Notes: generated by a model not told the origin, from the sequence alone. A stretch of DNA of 64,000 bases from Azolla caroliniana (GCA_043228905.1 JBHGNT010000011.1:1488001-1552000), one strand, 5' to 3'. Shown: positions 1 to 11,868, counted from the first letter of the stretch. Numbers and translations are program-made.

Positions 1-1
1 A

Positions 2-901
2 CGAGGAAGAGGGACCACTAGATTGTCTACCATGCCCTCTAGCATTATCTTTCTCCTTATTTTTAAGGGCATAACAATCTTTCTTAAGGTGACCCTTTTT
101 ATGACAGTAATGGCACTCCATATTTTTCTTCCTAGATTTGCTTCTACCTCTATCATTTCCACCACTATTTCTTGTTTGGCTCCTACCACGATGTTGGTTC
201 TTGCGAGGACCAACATCAGAAACATTATATGCATCTCCATTATGTGATGCAATCACAGATTTTCTACGAATTTCTTCACCTAAAAGTGCTCCACATATAT
301 CATTATAGACTAGTTTCCCGTTTGGTGCACTAGCACTAATGGCAGTGCAAAAGGTGTCCCATGATGTAGGCAAAGTGCATAACAGAAATACACATTTCAG
401 CTCATCATCCAAAATCATTTTCTGAGCTAGTAGTTGTGACCACAATGCATCAAAGTCGTTCAAATGAGAGGCGACACTGTCATTGTCCTTCATTCGAAGA
501 TCATAAAGTTTTCTCATTAGATAAACTTTGTTTGATGCGGTCTCTTTTTCATATGTGTTGCATAATTTGGTCCATAGTATTTCAGCCGAGTCACAATCTA
601 GGACCGTGAAATACACATTGTCGGCTAGGTGTAGTCTTATAGTAGACATTGCCAAGAGATCGAGCTCTTCCCAATCATCTTTGGTCATGCCCTCAGGTCT
701 CTTGGCTTCACCACTTAATGGTCTTAATTGCCTTCTTTGAATCAGGACATCTCTCATCTGATTCTTCCACAAGGCAAAGTTGGATCCGTCAAATTTACGG
801 ATCTCAAGGTGGTCTTTTCCACTCATAGGGTGATTTCTATGGGAATTGAACGAACCACCGCGTGAGGTACTTGAAACCTCGGACATTTCAGAGGCAGCCA
901 T
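2..901 (-). CDS. gag: Copia Gag, partial; open to the window edge so absent from the ORF track
   Basis: Manual translation MAASEMSE...KFDGSNFALWKNQMRDVL...LPTSWDTF...CHYCHKKGHLKKDC (copia gag motifs plus CCHC knuckle), no stop seen. Confidence 0.9.
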   Translation of the reverse strand, partial: MAASEMSEVSSTSRGGSFNSHRNHPMSGKDHLEIRKFDGSNFALWKNQMRDVLIQRRQLRPLSGEAKRPEGMTKDDWEELDLLAMSTIRLHLADNVYFTVLDCDSAEILWTKLCNTYEKETASNKVYLMRKLYDLRMKDNDSVASHLNDFDALWSQLLAQKMILDDELKCVFLLCTLPTSWDTFCTAISASAPNGKLVYNDICGALLGEEIRRKSVIASHNGDAYNVSDVGPRKNQHRGRSQTRNSGGNDRGRSKSRKKNMECHYCHKKGHLKKDCYALKNKEKDNARGHGRQSSGPSSS

Positions 902-1377
902 TTGGAAGCTAGGTAAACTTGGTCAATCCCAAATATAAACAACTAACAATAGTTGAGACACTACTCCCTACCTAGTCTCAAGCCGTGTTCTAGGGTAGGT
1001 ATGTGTGTTCGATTGAGGACAACACCTCTTTCTTATATCAGCCAAGGTAAAATGTCTGTAACCAAGACGTAACTTCAACGTCACAAACTCACATCAAGTG
1101 AGCAAGCATCGAAAGGAGAAAAAAAAGAAACCAAACACAGGTTCTTTTGCGTGTAAATCCTCACTTCTGTATACTAGAAACAACAAGTCTTCTCTGTTTC
1201 TACCTTCCACCAAGGTCTATTTTTCCCCAAAAAATAGGCACACAAAAAAAACTGTTCAAGACGGAAACGTGTAGTAGATATTACCTCTGTCGAGGTCCTG
1301 GAAAAATAGCATGCGCAGAGGGGGAAAAACGCAGAAATGTAGATGCTTGTTGCTACACACAGTCTCACAAAGTCCAC

Positions 1378-1389
1378 GCTCTGATACCA
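1378..1389 (-). promoter_or_regulatory. PBS of A (tRNA-iMet)
   Basis: Reverse complement TGGTATCAGAGC, 1 nt from the LTR end. Confidence 0.92.
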
Positions 1390-1390
1390 C

Positions 1391-1629
1391 TGTTGAATCT
1401 GGAGTAATGGAGGCGGACGAGCTGCTGTTTTCTGGCCTGCACAGAAAATGTCGAACACACACACACACAGAGAAAAACAGCACACACGAAAAAAACAGAA
1501 AAGAGAAAGACAAAACTTTTTGGGGGCCAATGAAACCCTCATTTCTATTAGTTTATATACCTATGCGTAAATAGTAAGAAATTACAGATTTGGCCTTTTC
1601 TTACTATCATAGGTCATCTTTGTTTGACA
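1391..1629 (-). repeat. 5' LTR of A (right boundary inferred)
   Basis: TG..CA ends, TATA-like GTATATAAA on the minus strand near 1552-1560; partner LTR is outside the window. Confidence 0.6.
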
Positions 1630-3086
1630 GTCCGGCTACGGGATTGTCTTTGTCTAGCCAATTGGCACCGTCTATCTGATTGTTGCACCTTTGTTCGATC
1701 GTATGGCCGCCTATGTCATCGCCGAGACATGTCTTCTTCAAGCTCTAATTCTGATTGTGAGGATGATGAACCCAATCAGTGGTGATGATTCTTCCGCGGT
1801 GATTGATCCTTCTGCGCATCTAGGCAAGGAGAACACGCATCATATACCAAGTGATCCAAGCCTCCATAGTGATTCGCATTCTCCTCAATAAATTGTTTTT
1901 GATCCTGTTTTTTGTTTACATTGGCACAATAACATGTACATTCGCATAGCTTAACTTCATGAGAGAAACTATTGGCATGCCAAGTCTTGGCCAAAGCTGG
2001 AGGAGGAACCAATGATGGGGACAATCTACCCCCATAGGTTCTCCTCCAAAACAGATCTAATGAAGCGGAGGAAGAGAGTGTGGAAGGTTAGGTCAGGCCA
2101 CAACAAGAGTGGCACACACACAACGATGGGAGGTACAATGCTTGATATAGATCCATCACCATATTCAATTGCTCTGTTTGGATTGATGCAGGAATGAGGC
2201 ATTATGTTGTGGGGAAAACTGCAGAAACTTCTCAGATGGAACGACCACCATTTCTTTGGTGGGACCAACACACACACACACAACATAGCCGCAAACACAA
2301 AGATGGAGAGGGCTAAAGATATAGAGATAAACTCTGGGTGGCTAGGGTTTTAGGCAGAGAGAGCGAGGAAAGGGGAAAGGGGTTGAAAGCAAGATCAAGA
2401 TGTAGAAAGCGACGAGACCAAAGGCGACAGCGGTCCTTGTCCTAAACATAATGGTGTCATATTCTCCCAGATCGCGTGCATCTCGAGGATCCATGGAAGC
2501 TCGATCCTGGTCGCGTAGAAAAAATTCTTCTTCAACTACTTCTTCTTCTGCGTCTTCGTCTTCACAGAAACCCTAGCTACCATCTTTCTTTGCACGGAGG
2601 TAGAAGCCTGCAAATGCAGAGAGTCGTGGTGCAGTAGAAGTAACATTGATTTTTCCTGCACCGAAGCATGGTAGTGATGAAGAAGACGTGAAAACTGTCA
2701 TGAAGGATGGTTGTGTAAACGACAAACACTAGATTTCGACTTGTTAAAGATGCCCAGTTCTTAAAGGAAGCTTTGCCATTGTTATTGAGAAAGACTATTC
2801 TCCATCACAGTGTAGAAGGCAGTACTGAGATCTCCATAGCAAGATGGCTATCACACAAAAAGTCCACACACAAAAGCACACTCTCTAACACAAAAGCACA
2901 CTCTCTAACAAAGAGACACACAAAAGAGTGAGGGATCAGCGATGGAGAGGGAGAGTGCCGCATAGACTTCCTCCCAAGGGAGGGAGCTTTCAAGCTACAT
3001 GGCCATGGAAGACGTTGCTTAGATTTAGGTTTCCTTCACAATAGCAGACACCCACACAAAGAGATGCAATAAGACATAGAGATGCA

Positions 3087-3891
3087 TGGTGGGAGACAAG
3101 TCCCTCCGGATGGGAAGGGAGAAGAACAATGCTGATGAACAAACTCAGCCGAGGCCTAAACCGTATGAGGAGTACCCGGCTACGGAGAGCCGGATGGTGC
3201 AGACCCGGTGAGAGCCGGATGAGGAGTACCCGGCTACGGAGAGCCGGATGGTGCAGACCCGGTGAGAACCGGATGAGGAGTACTCGGCTACGGAGAGCCG
3301 GATGGTGCAGACCCGGTGAGGACCGGATGAGGAGTACCCGGCTACAGAGAGCCGGTTGGTGCAGACCCGGTGAGGACCGGATGAGGAGTACTCGGCTACG
3401 GAGAGCCGGATGGTGAAGACCCGGTGAGGAGTGCTCACCGGATGAAGAGACATATTAGTAAATATGTTTATGAGAGTCCATCATGGCTATATTTGTAAAT
3501 AGCCGAAAAGTCATATTAGTATAAATATGACTTAGGGCAAGCTTTTAGTAAGTTGTTGGTATTCTTGTTGGTGCAAGGAGAGAGAGAGCGCGAAACTGTG
3601 TACAGAGAGAGAGAGAGAAAGAGGTTGTTGCCTCTGTTGTAACCGCCGCCTGTGGCGAGGATCGTGAGCACGAGGTCGTTGCCTCCGTGAACTATCTATT
3701 GTACATTCTAGCATAGTGATATTTGCAGGCTGTGGGCTGCCGTGGTTTTTCCCTTAGTTTGGGTTTTCCACGTAAACATCCTGCATACTCGTCTCCTCTC
3801 TTGTGTCGTGCATTCATTCCCGTTTTCTGTGTATGATTTTAAGCTCGGTTGTGGCCGAGCATTGCGCATAATGAGCGTTGAGTTCTCGTCA
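3087..3891 (+). repeat. 5' LTR of B with about five 54-bp tandem units in U3
   Basis: Direct repeat of 10658-11459; unit CCGGATGAGGAGTACCCGGCTACGGAGAGCCGGATGGTGCAGACCCGGTGAGAA. Confidence 0.95.
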
Positions 3892-6800
3892 AGTGGTATC
3901 AGAGCAAAAACGACTCAAAAAATGGACGATTCGTTGGGAGGCATGTTCAAGCTCACCGGCTCCAACTATTCGGTGTGGAAGTCGAAGATGAGGGACATGC
4001 TCGTGGTTAAAGATCTTTGGTTGCCGGTTCAGTTCGGGGACAAGAGACCGGACAAAATCGACGCCACGATATGGGAGGTGATGCACATGAAGACAACGGC
4101 GTACATACGGTGCTTCATCGACATGAGCCTATATAACAACTTCAATGAAGAGAGCAAGGCTCATGAGCTCTGGGAGAAGATCGGCATTATGTTTCAAAAC
4201 AAAAATGTTGTCAATCAGGTTTCGATATTCCGGAATCTAGTAAGACTCCGGTACCAAGATGGCTCCAGCATGGCGGAGCACATGAATGCCTTCCAGGGGT
4301 TGATCCACCAGGAAACATCATTGGAAGTACCTCTTGCCGATGAGGTACTAGCGCTGCTCCTACTCAGTTCCCTCCCGGATAGCTGGGAGACGTTGGTTGT
4401 CACTTTGGGCAACGCCGGGCCGGAAGGAAAACGGTTATCCCTAGCACGAGTAAACTCGAGCTTGCTAGATGAGGAGGCGCGTCGAAAAAGATAAAGATAC
4501 GAGCTCCGACTCCAAAGCGCTCCCTACCGAATCGGAACGCGGAAGACATAGAAACCGTAGTTCCCAGAACCGGGAGAAGTCGGGGACACGGTCAAAGTCA
4601 AGGGGGAGGCCTACTTGCTTCTATTGCGGCAAGCCGGGACACTTCCAAAAGAACTGTTGGCATTTCTGAAAAGACAAGGAAACCGACGGTACCGATTCGA
4701 AGCGGACCCCGGACCGGAACGGTACAGACCGGAGGGGGCCGGACCGGAAGGGAACGACGGCAATCGTGGCAAGTGAAGAAGAGTTTATGCTCATCACCGA
4801 GGAGAATGAGATAAACCTTGCCGGCGACGAGATGACCTGGGTGGTAGACTCCGGAGCGTCGTTCCACCTTACCCCGGACCGGAAATGCTTCTCATCCTAC
4901 TCAGACGGTGATCACGGCTGTGTCCGGATGGGGAATGAAGTTACATGCCAAATTGTCAGCATAGGAGACGTGTGGCTGACAACACCAACCAGATGCAAGT
5001 TGCTGTTGAAAGATGTCTGACACGTTCCGGAGGTTCGTCTGAACCTGATATCAGCCGGTCGGCTGGATGATGAAGGCTACACTGGTAGCATCCGGAACGG
5101 TGTCATGAAGTTCAACAAAGGGAGCCTGATTGTGGCTCGGGCCCGGAAGGTCAACACATTGTACCTGATGAATGCCCGATTATGTCCGGAAGAAGTGAAC
5201 GTGGCATCCAACACTGCCAGTGAGCTGTGGCACAAGAGGCTGTGTCACATGAGCGAGAAGGGGATGAAGAAGCTTGTAGAAGACAACCTCATTCCAGTGA
5301 AGAACATGCACTTGGAGAAGTGCACTGATTGTCTGGCCGGTAAACAAAACCGGACCTCCTTCCGATCGAGGCCACCGATGAGACGTAATGCACCACTGGA
5401 GTTGGTGCATACTGATGTGTGTCAAGTGGACACGAAGTCAAATGCAGGATCACAGTACTTTGTGACGTTCATAGATGACCACAGCCGGAAGTTGTGGGCC
5501 ACACCGTTGAAGACAAAGGATCAGGTGTTGTTCGTCTTCAAAGAGCTCCACGCGAGAGTGGAAAGAGAAACCCGCCGGAAGCTGAAGGCGGTCCGAGCAG
5601 ATAACGCAGGTGAATACCGGGGCAGTTCGAGGAGTACTGTCGCTCGAAGGGAATCCGGCTCGAATTTACCATGCCGAAGACGCCGGAACTAAACGGACTG
5701 GCCGAGAGGATGAACCGGACCATAATGGAGAGGGTCGGGAGTATGCTAGCGCATGCAAAACTACCCAAGAAGTTTTGGGCTGAGGCATTATCGACAGCGA
5801 CATATGTGATAAATGGATCACCCTCGGTACCCTTGGACGGAGACACACCGCAGAGAGTATGGACCGGTAAGGAAGTATCCTACCAGCATCTGAAGGTGTT
5901 CGGGTGTCTCGCGTACGTGCATGTAGCTAAGGACCGGAGAGGAAAGTTAGATCCAAATTCCCGGCCATGCATATGCCTCGGTTACGGTGACGATGAGTTC
6001 GGCTACCGAGTGTGGGACTTGATCGAAAATGAACTCCGAGTCGACCGGTAAGGATCGACTCTACGATGAACAGTCCCAACCGGCAAGAGACTGGTTAGGA
6101 CTCGAGGGACCAGCCGGTTACGGTGAGGATACCGAACAGGCTGAAGAAGAAGTAGAGGAAGCTGAAACCGGAACCGGCCAAGACCCCGAATCGGATTCGG
6201 ATGAAGAGCAAATGGAGGAGCCGGTTACCGAAGCCCGAAGACAGAGATATCCTCTTAGAGAGAGAAGGGCGCCCTCGAGGTAGAGTAGCTAAACGTGAAG
6301 ACAGCATTCCTTCACGGCGACCTCGAAGAGGAGATCTACATGCAACAACCGGAAGGATTCGTGGAGAAAGGGAAGGAGCATCTGGTATGCCGGCTGAAGA
6401 AGAGCCTGTACGGACTAAAGCAGGCTCCCCGACAATGGTACCAGAAGTTCGACTCCTTCATGACCGATCAAGGGTACCACAAGACGCAAACCGATCACTG
6501 CGTGTTTGTGAAGAAGTTCGAAGGAGGTGACTTCCTGATACTCCTTCTGTACGTGGATGACATGTTGATCGTCGGACGGGACCAAGTCAAAATACGGATG
6601 CTGAAGAAGGCTCTCAACCGGACCTTTTCAATGAAAGACTTGGGTCCGACAAAAAGGTGCTGGGGATGCATATTATTCGGAACCGGTCAGTGAAGCAATT
6701 GTGGCTGTCACAGGAGAAGTACGTGACAAAGGTGCTTCACCGGTTCAACATGTCAGATGCGAAACCGGTCGGATCGACACTTCCGGCAAACTACAGGCTA

Positions 6801-7127
6801 TCCGGTAAGCAAAGCCTGAAGACGAAAGCAGAGAAGGCGGATATGATGAAGATTCCATATGCCTCTGCCATCGGGAGCTTGATGTACGCAATGGTGTGTA
6901 CCCGACCGGATATAGGATACGCAGTCGGAGTGGTGAGCCGGTTCATGAGCAATCCCGGCAAGGAGCACTGGAACGCGGTCAAATGGATACTCCGGTATTT
7001 GAAGGGCACTTCAAATATGTGTCTCCGATTCGGCTCCGGAAAACCTCAACTTGACGGTTTTACCGATTCGGCATGTCAGCTGATGTGGATACCAGCCGGT
7101 CTACATCCGGGTATGTAATGATATATG

Positions 7128-7766
7128 TGAAAAGAGAGATGATGATAGAAAAAAGAGAGAAGGAAAATATAGAAACCCAAATCTACAAAGATATATTAAT
7201 AAGGAGTGATGATCATAGAAACAAGAGAAAGAAGATACATAAACTCAAGCCTACAAGGATGAATTGATAACCACTCAACCAACACTACGTGAATAGGCAA
7301 GAAAACATCACAAGAAAACAAGCTTGCTCACCACCTCACTCTTCTTGCTTTATATGAAGTTCTCCTCTAGTAGATAAGTTTCGCTTGCTTTCTTTTCCAC
7401 GCTTTTTTTAGTGCTTTTCCATCTCCTATTCTTAGTTATGACACAACGATCTTCTAATCGTCATATCTCCCTCATCCATGCACCAAATTTAGAGTTTTAA
7501 AAAGCTACGGATAGCTCTCTTCACAACCTTTCTAACCCATATTTACACGTGATATTTGAGTGTCAAACGAGAGAGTTATGAGCGTTTGTTTCTGACTGCT
7601 TTTTGGTGGTCTGCTTTTTCCTTCTTTTACTTTTCTCCATCTTTCTTGTTTTTAGTTTGACTTATACTTGAAACCTTAGCTCGTGTTCTTGGCCTTCGGG
7701 TGTGAATGCTCCATACCTTATATTTTTGTAGACTTCAATACCTTGAATTCTAAAAACACTTTCACA
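7128..7766 (-). repeat. 3' LTR of C (639 bp)
   Basis: Minus strand TGTGAAAG...CTTTTCA, preceded by the PPT. Confidence 0.92.
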
Positions 7767-8023
7767 TTTAGCCCTCCCCCTTGCTTTTTGGTGAACCATT
7801 TATGGTGAACCCTAAGCTACTAATAAAACTAAAGGTTCTCCTTCGCCTTATTCATGGCTATAGACAAAGAAGGAGAAAATAAATAGAAAAGAAACAAACT
7901 ATGTGAGTAAAACCCCCGCTAGTCGATAGGAAAAACCTCACACTTCTAAACACACACACATACACATTGACAATTGCCATCACCATCTTCTCCTTGTCAA
8001 CACAAAGAAAGAGGTTACAACAA

Positions 8024-9622
8024 TTAGTATATCTTCATCAACTTTCCAAACAGAAGTAGGTCTATGTGATACATAACTCTTGATAGAAGTAAGCATGTTA
8101 ACATATGAATAAACCTTTCGAGCGAGCGAACCTTTTGTACAAATACCTTCAAAGCTTCGAGACTTGTCAGAATTGTCATATTTTGAATTATGTCGATCTT
8201 TGCTTCATCAACATGACTTTCTTCTTGGCACACCACATTCTCCACATTACCTTGTTTTGTATGTATGACCATTTCATCTAGAATCTCATCTCGAAAAGGA
8301 AGCAAAAATAAAACTCGTTTGGTTGAATCATTCAAGGGTTGGAAGTTGACGTCTTTCTCCTTTGGAACAACCACAATAAGTGAGACAAACTTCAAATTCT
8401 CCATATGATAAATGAAACTCTCTTGTAACAATGCTTTATGATCTATCTTTTGCACAACCTTAGATTCTTGAAGAGTTTGGGCAATTGGTACCTTCAATTT
8501 GATAAGGTCTTTGAAGCAATCTTCTCCTTTTATATGTGAATAGACATTTATGAGTAATTTTGGAAACTCAAAAAGAAAAGAACTAAACCTTAGATGCTCT
8601 TCTCCTTGGATATAGCTTGAAATCATCTTCTCCAAGGTGATAATGCTTTTCTCTTCAATGACTTCTTCTTCCTCCTTAGACACCATGTGGAATGATTTGT
8701 TTTCCCTATCCCACGAATATTCATCAATTGTTATGCTTTCCTCTTCTTGCTTGCCAATGTCGGTAGATGATTCCTTCTCCTTTATACATTTGATTAGTTG
8801 TGGTGGATCCTTTGATGGTGATAAGTTAATGATACTCCAATCATGCATTACAAGTAAATCTCTTGGCTCTTGGTCAAATTGTTGTTGAAGAGTTGATGCC
8901 CACATAACTTTGTTGCTACTCAATGCAAATCCAAAACACAAATCTTGCACAAACACCTTCATACACTGCATCTTGGCACTTACCAATGCTTCCTTACACG
9001 CATTGATCTCCAAAAGCCAATCTCCAGCTATCACTTCTAGGTTACCTTCTTCATCTTGCAACTTCGTTGTGGGTACTTCACCATCAACAACTTCTTTTGT
9101 CATATCTTCCATTTCATCTTGCACATATTCATCATCAACCACCATATCGCTTGTTGTATCAATAATGCCCTCAACATGATGTACATTGGCATCACCATCC
9201 ATAACATCGCTTCTCATAACAATCTCATTAGATTCGTCTTTCATATCATCATTCTTTATATCATGGTTGTCCTCATGAACTAAATGGGGGAACTCCACAT
9301 TCATCACCTCTTCTTCATTGTCTCTGGAATCACCTTCATAGACATCATTATAACTCCAAAAATTAGAATAATGATATGAGGGAACCTGTTGAATCGGACA
9401 TTGCAAGTATGTTGGTTGTTGGCTCATGACCGATCCACAATTATTATAGCTTGGATTTATGGTATATGACGCCGATACTCCATATGCTTCACCGAATAAC
9501 AACTTCTTCAATTGTTGATCATAACTTTGACATACTCGAAGCAAATCATGGAAAGACCTTGGGTACTTCATATGCACTTCATATTGAAAATATGGATCTA
9601 GCCCTGCTTTGAATCTTTCCAT
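8024..9622 (-). CDS. 532-aa ORF of C: probable gypsy Gag C-terminal remnant fused to an acidic region of unknown function
   Basis: Uninterrupted ORF in AT-rich DNA; N-terminus ERFKAGLDPYFQYEVHMKYPRSFHDLLRVC resembles the end of a gypsy capsid domain; remainder unrecognised. Confidence 0.65.
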   Translation of the reverse strand: MERFKAGLDPYFQYEVHMKYPRSFHDLLRVCQSYDQQLKKLLFGEAYGVSASYTINPSYNNCGSVMSQQPTYLQCPIQQVPSYHYSNFWSYNDVYEGDSRDNEEEVMNVEFPHLVHEDNHDIKNDDMKDESNEIVMRSDVMDGDANVHHVEGIIDTTSDMVVDDEYVQDEMEDMTKEVVDGEVPTTKLQDEEGNLEVIAGDWLLEINACKEALVSAKMQCMKVFVQDLCFGFALSSNKVMWASTLQQQFDQEPRDLLVMHDWSIINLSPSKDPPQLIKCIKEKESSTDIGKQEEESITIDEYSWDRENKSFHMVSKEEEEVIEEKSIITLEKMISSYIQGEEHLRFSSFLFEFPKLLINVYSHIKGEDCFKDLIKLKVPIAQTLQESKVVQKIDHKALLQESFIYHMENLKFVSLIVVVPKEKDVNFQPLNDSTKRVLFLLPFRDEILDEMVIHTKQGNVENVVCQEESHVDEAKIDIIQNMTILTSLEALKVFVQKVRSLERFIHMLTCLLLSRVMYHIDLLLFGKLMKIY

Positions 9623-9626
9623 CTAC

Positions 9627-10244
9627 AAAAGAGAGAGAAGGAAGATATAGAAACCCAAATCTACAAAGATATATTAATAAGGAGTGATGATCATAGAAAC
9701 AAGAGAAAGAAGATACATAAACTCAAGCCTACAAGGATGAATTGATAACCACTCAACCAACACTACGTGAATAGGCAAGAAAACATCACAAGAAAACAAG
9801 CTTGCTCACCACCTCACTCTTCTTGCTTTATATGAAGTTCTCCTCTAGTAGATAAGTTTCGCTTGCTTTCTTTTCCACGCTTTTTTTAGTGCTTTTCCAT
9901 CTCCTATTCTTAGTTATGACACAACGATCTTCTAATCGTCATATCTCCCTCATCCATGCACCAAATTTAGAGTTTTAAAAAGCTACGGATAGCTCTCTTC
10001 ACAACCTTTCTAACCCATATTTACACGTGATATTTGGGTGTCAAACGAGAGAGTTATGAGCGTTTGTTTCTGACTGCTTTTTGGTGGTCTGCTTTTTCCT
10101 TCTTTTACTTTTCTCCATCTTTCTTGTTTTTAGTTTGACTTATACTTGAAACCTTAGCTCGTGTTCTTGGCCTTCGGGTGTGAATGCTCCATACCTTATA
10201 TTTTTGTAGACTTCAATACCTTGAATTCTAAAAACACTTTCACA
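9627..10244 (-). repeat. 5' LTR of C, lacking its last ~20 bp and the PBS
   Basis: Matches about 7149-7766, then joins GTAG-ATG of the ORF directly. Confidence 0.9.
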
Positions 10245-10657
10245 ATATGCAGGGGGAGTTGTTTCATGGTAGTTGAGGCTGCAGAAGACGGTTGCATTGT
10301 CAACCACGGAGGCGGAGTACATGGCGGCTGTGGAAGCAGGCAAGGAAATATTATGGATGAAGGACTTCATCGGAGAGCTCGGTATCCGGCAAGATGAATG
10401 CCGACTTTATTGCGATAGTCAAAGTGCCATCCATCTTGCTAAGAATGCGGCCTACCATTCCCGGACGAAGCATATCCAGCGAAGATATCACTGGATCCGG
10501 AAAAGAGTAGATGACTGGGAGTTCGCACTGACGAAGATCCACATGGTGGAGAACGGGTCAGATATGCTTACCAAAGTGCTGATACCCGACAAGCTGGATG
10601 CATGCCGGAAGAGGATCGGACTAGTAAGACATGCCATGCCGGAGTGAAGGGGGAGTT

Positions 10658-11459
10658 TGTTGGGAGACAGGTCCCTCCGGGTGGGAAGGGGGAAGAACAG
10701 TGCTGATGAACAAACTCGGCCGAGGCCTAAACCGTATGAGGAGTACCCAGCTACGGAGAGCCAGATGGTGCAGACCCGGTGAGAACCGGATGAGGAGTAC
10801 CCGGCTACGGAGAGCCGGTTGGTGCAGACCCGGTGAGAACCGGATGAGGAGTACTCGGCTACAGAGAGCCGGATGGTGCAGACCCGGTGAGAACCGGATG
10901 AGGAGTACCCAGCTGCGGAGAGCCGGATGGTGCAGACCCGGTGAGGACCGGATGAGGAGTACTCGGCTACGGAGAGCCGGATGGTGCAGTCCCGGTGAGG
11001 AGTGCTCACCGGATGAAGAGACATATTAGTAAATATGTTTATGAGAGTCCATCATGGCTATATTTGTAAATAGCCGAAAAGTCATATTAGTATAAATATG
11101 ACTTAGGGCAAACTTTTAGTAAGTTGTTGTTATTCTTGTTGGTGCAAGAAGAGAGAGAGCGTGGAATTGTGTATAGAGAGAGAGAAAGAGGTCGTTGCCT
11201 CTGTTGTAACCGCCACCTGTGGCGAGGATCGTGAGCACGAGGTCGTTGCCTCCGTGAACTCACTATTGTACATTCTAGCATAGTGATAGTTTGCAGCCTA
11301 TGGGCTGCCGTGGTTTTTCCCTTAGTTTGCGTTTTCCACGTAAACATCCTGCGTACTCGTCTCCTCTCTTGTGTCGTGCATTCATTCCTATTTTCTGTGT
11401 ATGATTTTAAGCTCGGTTGTGGCCGAGCATTGCGCATAAGGAGCGTTGAGTTCTCATCA
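10658..11459 (+). repeat. 3' LTR of B
   Basis: TGTTGG...CATCA, between the PPT and the TSD. Confidence 0.95.
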
Positions 11460-11525
11460 ATGCAATAGAGAGGGAGGGATAAAGTTCTTCTCAAAGGAGG
11501 GTCGTCCGTTCGGGGGTGCCAAAAG

Positions 11526-11868
11526 TTTTAATGGGTGGGGGGTGAAGCCTAGAATGGCTTCACCCCCCTCCCAAGGGGGTTACGATAAAGACAGAGCTAG
11601 AGAGCAAGATAAATAGGAAATGACACAAAATGAGAGGGGGAAAATGTATATTCCATTACATGCCCCATTAGGGGTTTATATAGTACATAGTGTAACGGTT
11701 AATAATATGACCGTTACAAAAGAAGACCGTTACATTCTTGTCACACGCACAAAATTGTGCATGTGCTCACACATACTCATCTTCACACACTCATTTACTT
11801 TACAGATACACATCAACCACATCATTACACCTACCCTTATGCCTACCCGTATATTCTTACGAGTAACA
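11526..11868 (-). repeat. Putative 5' LTR of D
   Basis: Minus strand TGTTAC start, TATA-like CTATATAAA, ends TAAAA (probably mutated TAACA) next to PBS-like TGGCACCCCC (11512-11521). Confidence 0.6.

Larger units (their letters stand above)
1..1629 (-). mobile_element. Ty1/copia element A, 5' part only (runs off the left edge), inserted in element D
   Basis: Minus-strand order LTR (1391-1629), tRNA-iMet PBS, then an open gag ORF. Confidence 0.85.
7128..10244 (-). mobile_element. Non-autonomous LTR element C (no pol), inserted in the RNase H region of B
   Basis: Near-identical direct repeats 7128-7766 and about 9627-10244, TSD ATATG (7123-7127 / 10245-10249), minus-strand PPT AAGGGGGAGGG at 7772-7782. 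Confidence 0.92.
3922..10647 (+). pseudogene. gag-pol: Copia gag-PR-IN-RT-RH of B, disrupted by frameshifts, stops, two deletions and insertion C
   Basis: CFYCGKPGHFQKNC, WVVDSGAS, LWHKRLCH, HTDVC/FIDD, LYGLKQAPR, LLYVDD, LSTTEAEY, RTKHI. Confidence 0.95.
3087..11459 (+). mobile_element. Ty1/copia element B, full-length and defective, hosts C
   Basis: Paired LTRs, TSD ATGCA (3082-3086 / 11460-11464), PBS TGGTATCAGAGC 3894-3905, PPT GAAGGGGGAG 10646-10655. Confidence 0.97.
1630..11868 (-). mobile_element. Degenerate gypsy-like element D (5' LTR, PBS, long leader); hosts A and B, inserted in E
   Basis: LTR-like 11526-11868 followed on the minus strand by CTTT-TGGCACCCCC, the same spacer/PBS layout as F; it interrupts the 3' region of E; sequence is continuous across B's TSD. 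Confidence 0.6.

Noticed and set aside
3160-3445. CRISPR array or repeat protein (RMRSTRLRRAGW...)
   Set aside because: Head-to-tail 54-bp units without unique spacers, inside both LTRs; the ORF is a by-product of a unit length divisible by 3.
11730-11868. C-terminal 46 aa of the 369-aa ORF as real protein
   Set aside because: Read-through from E into the putative LTR of D.
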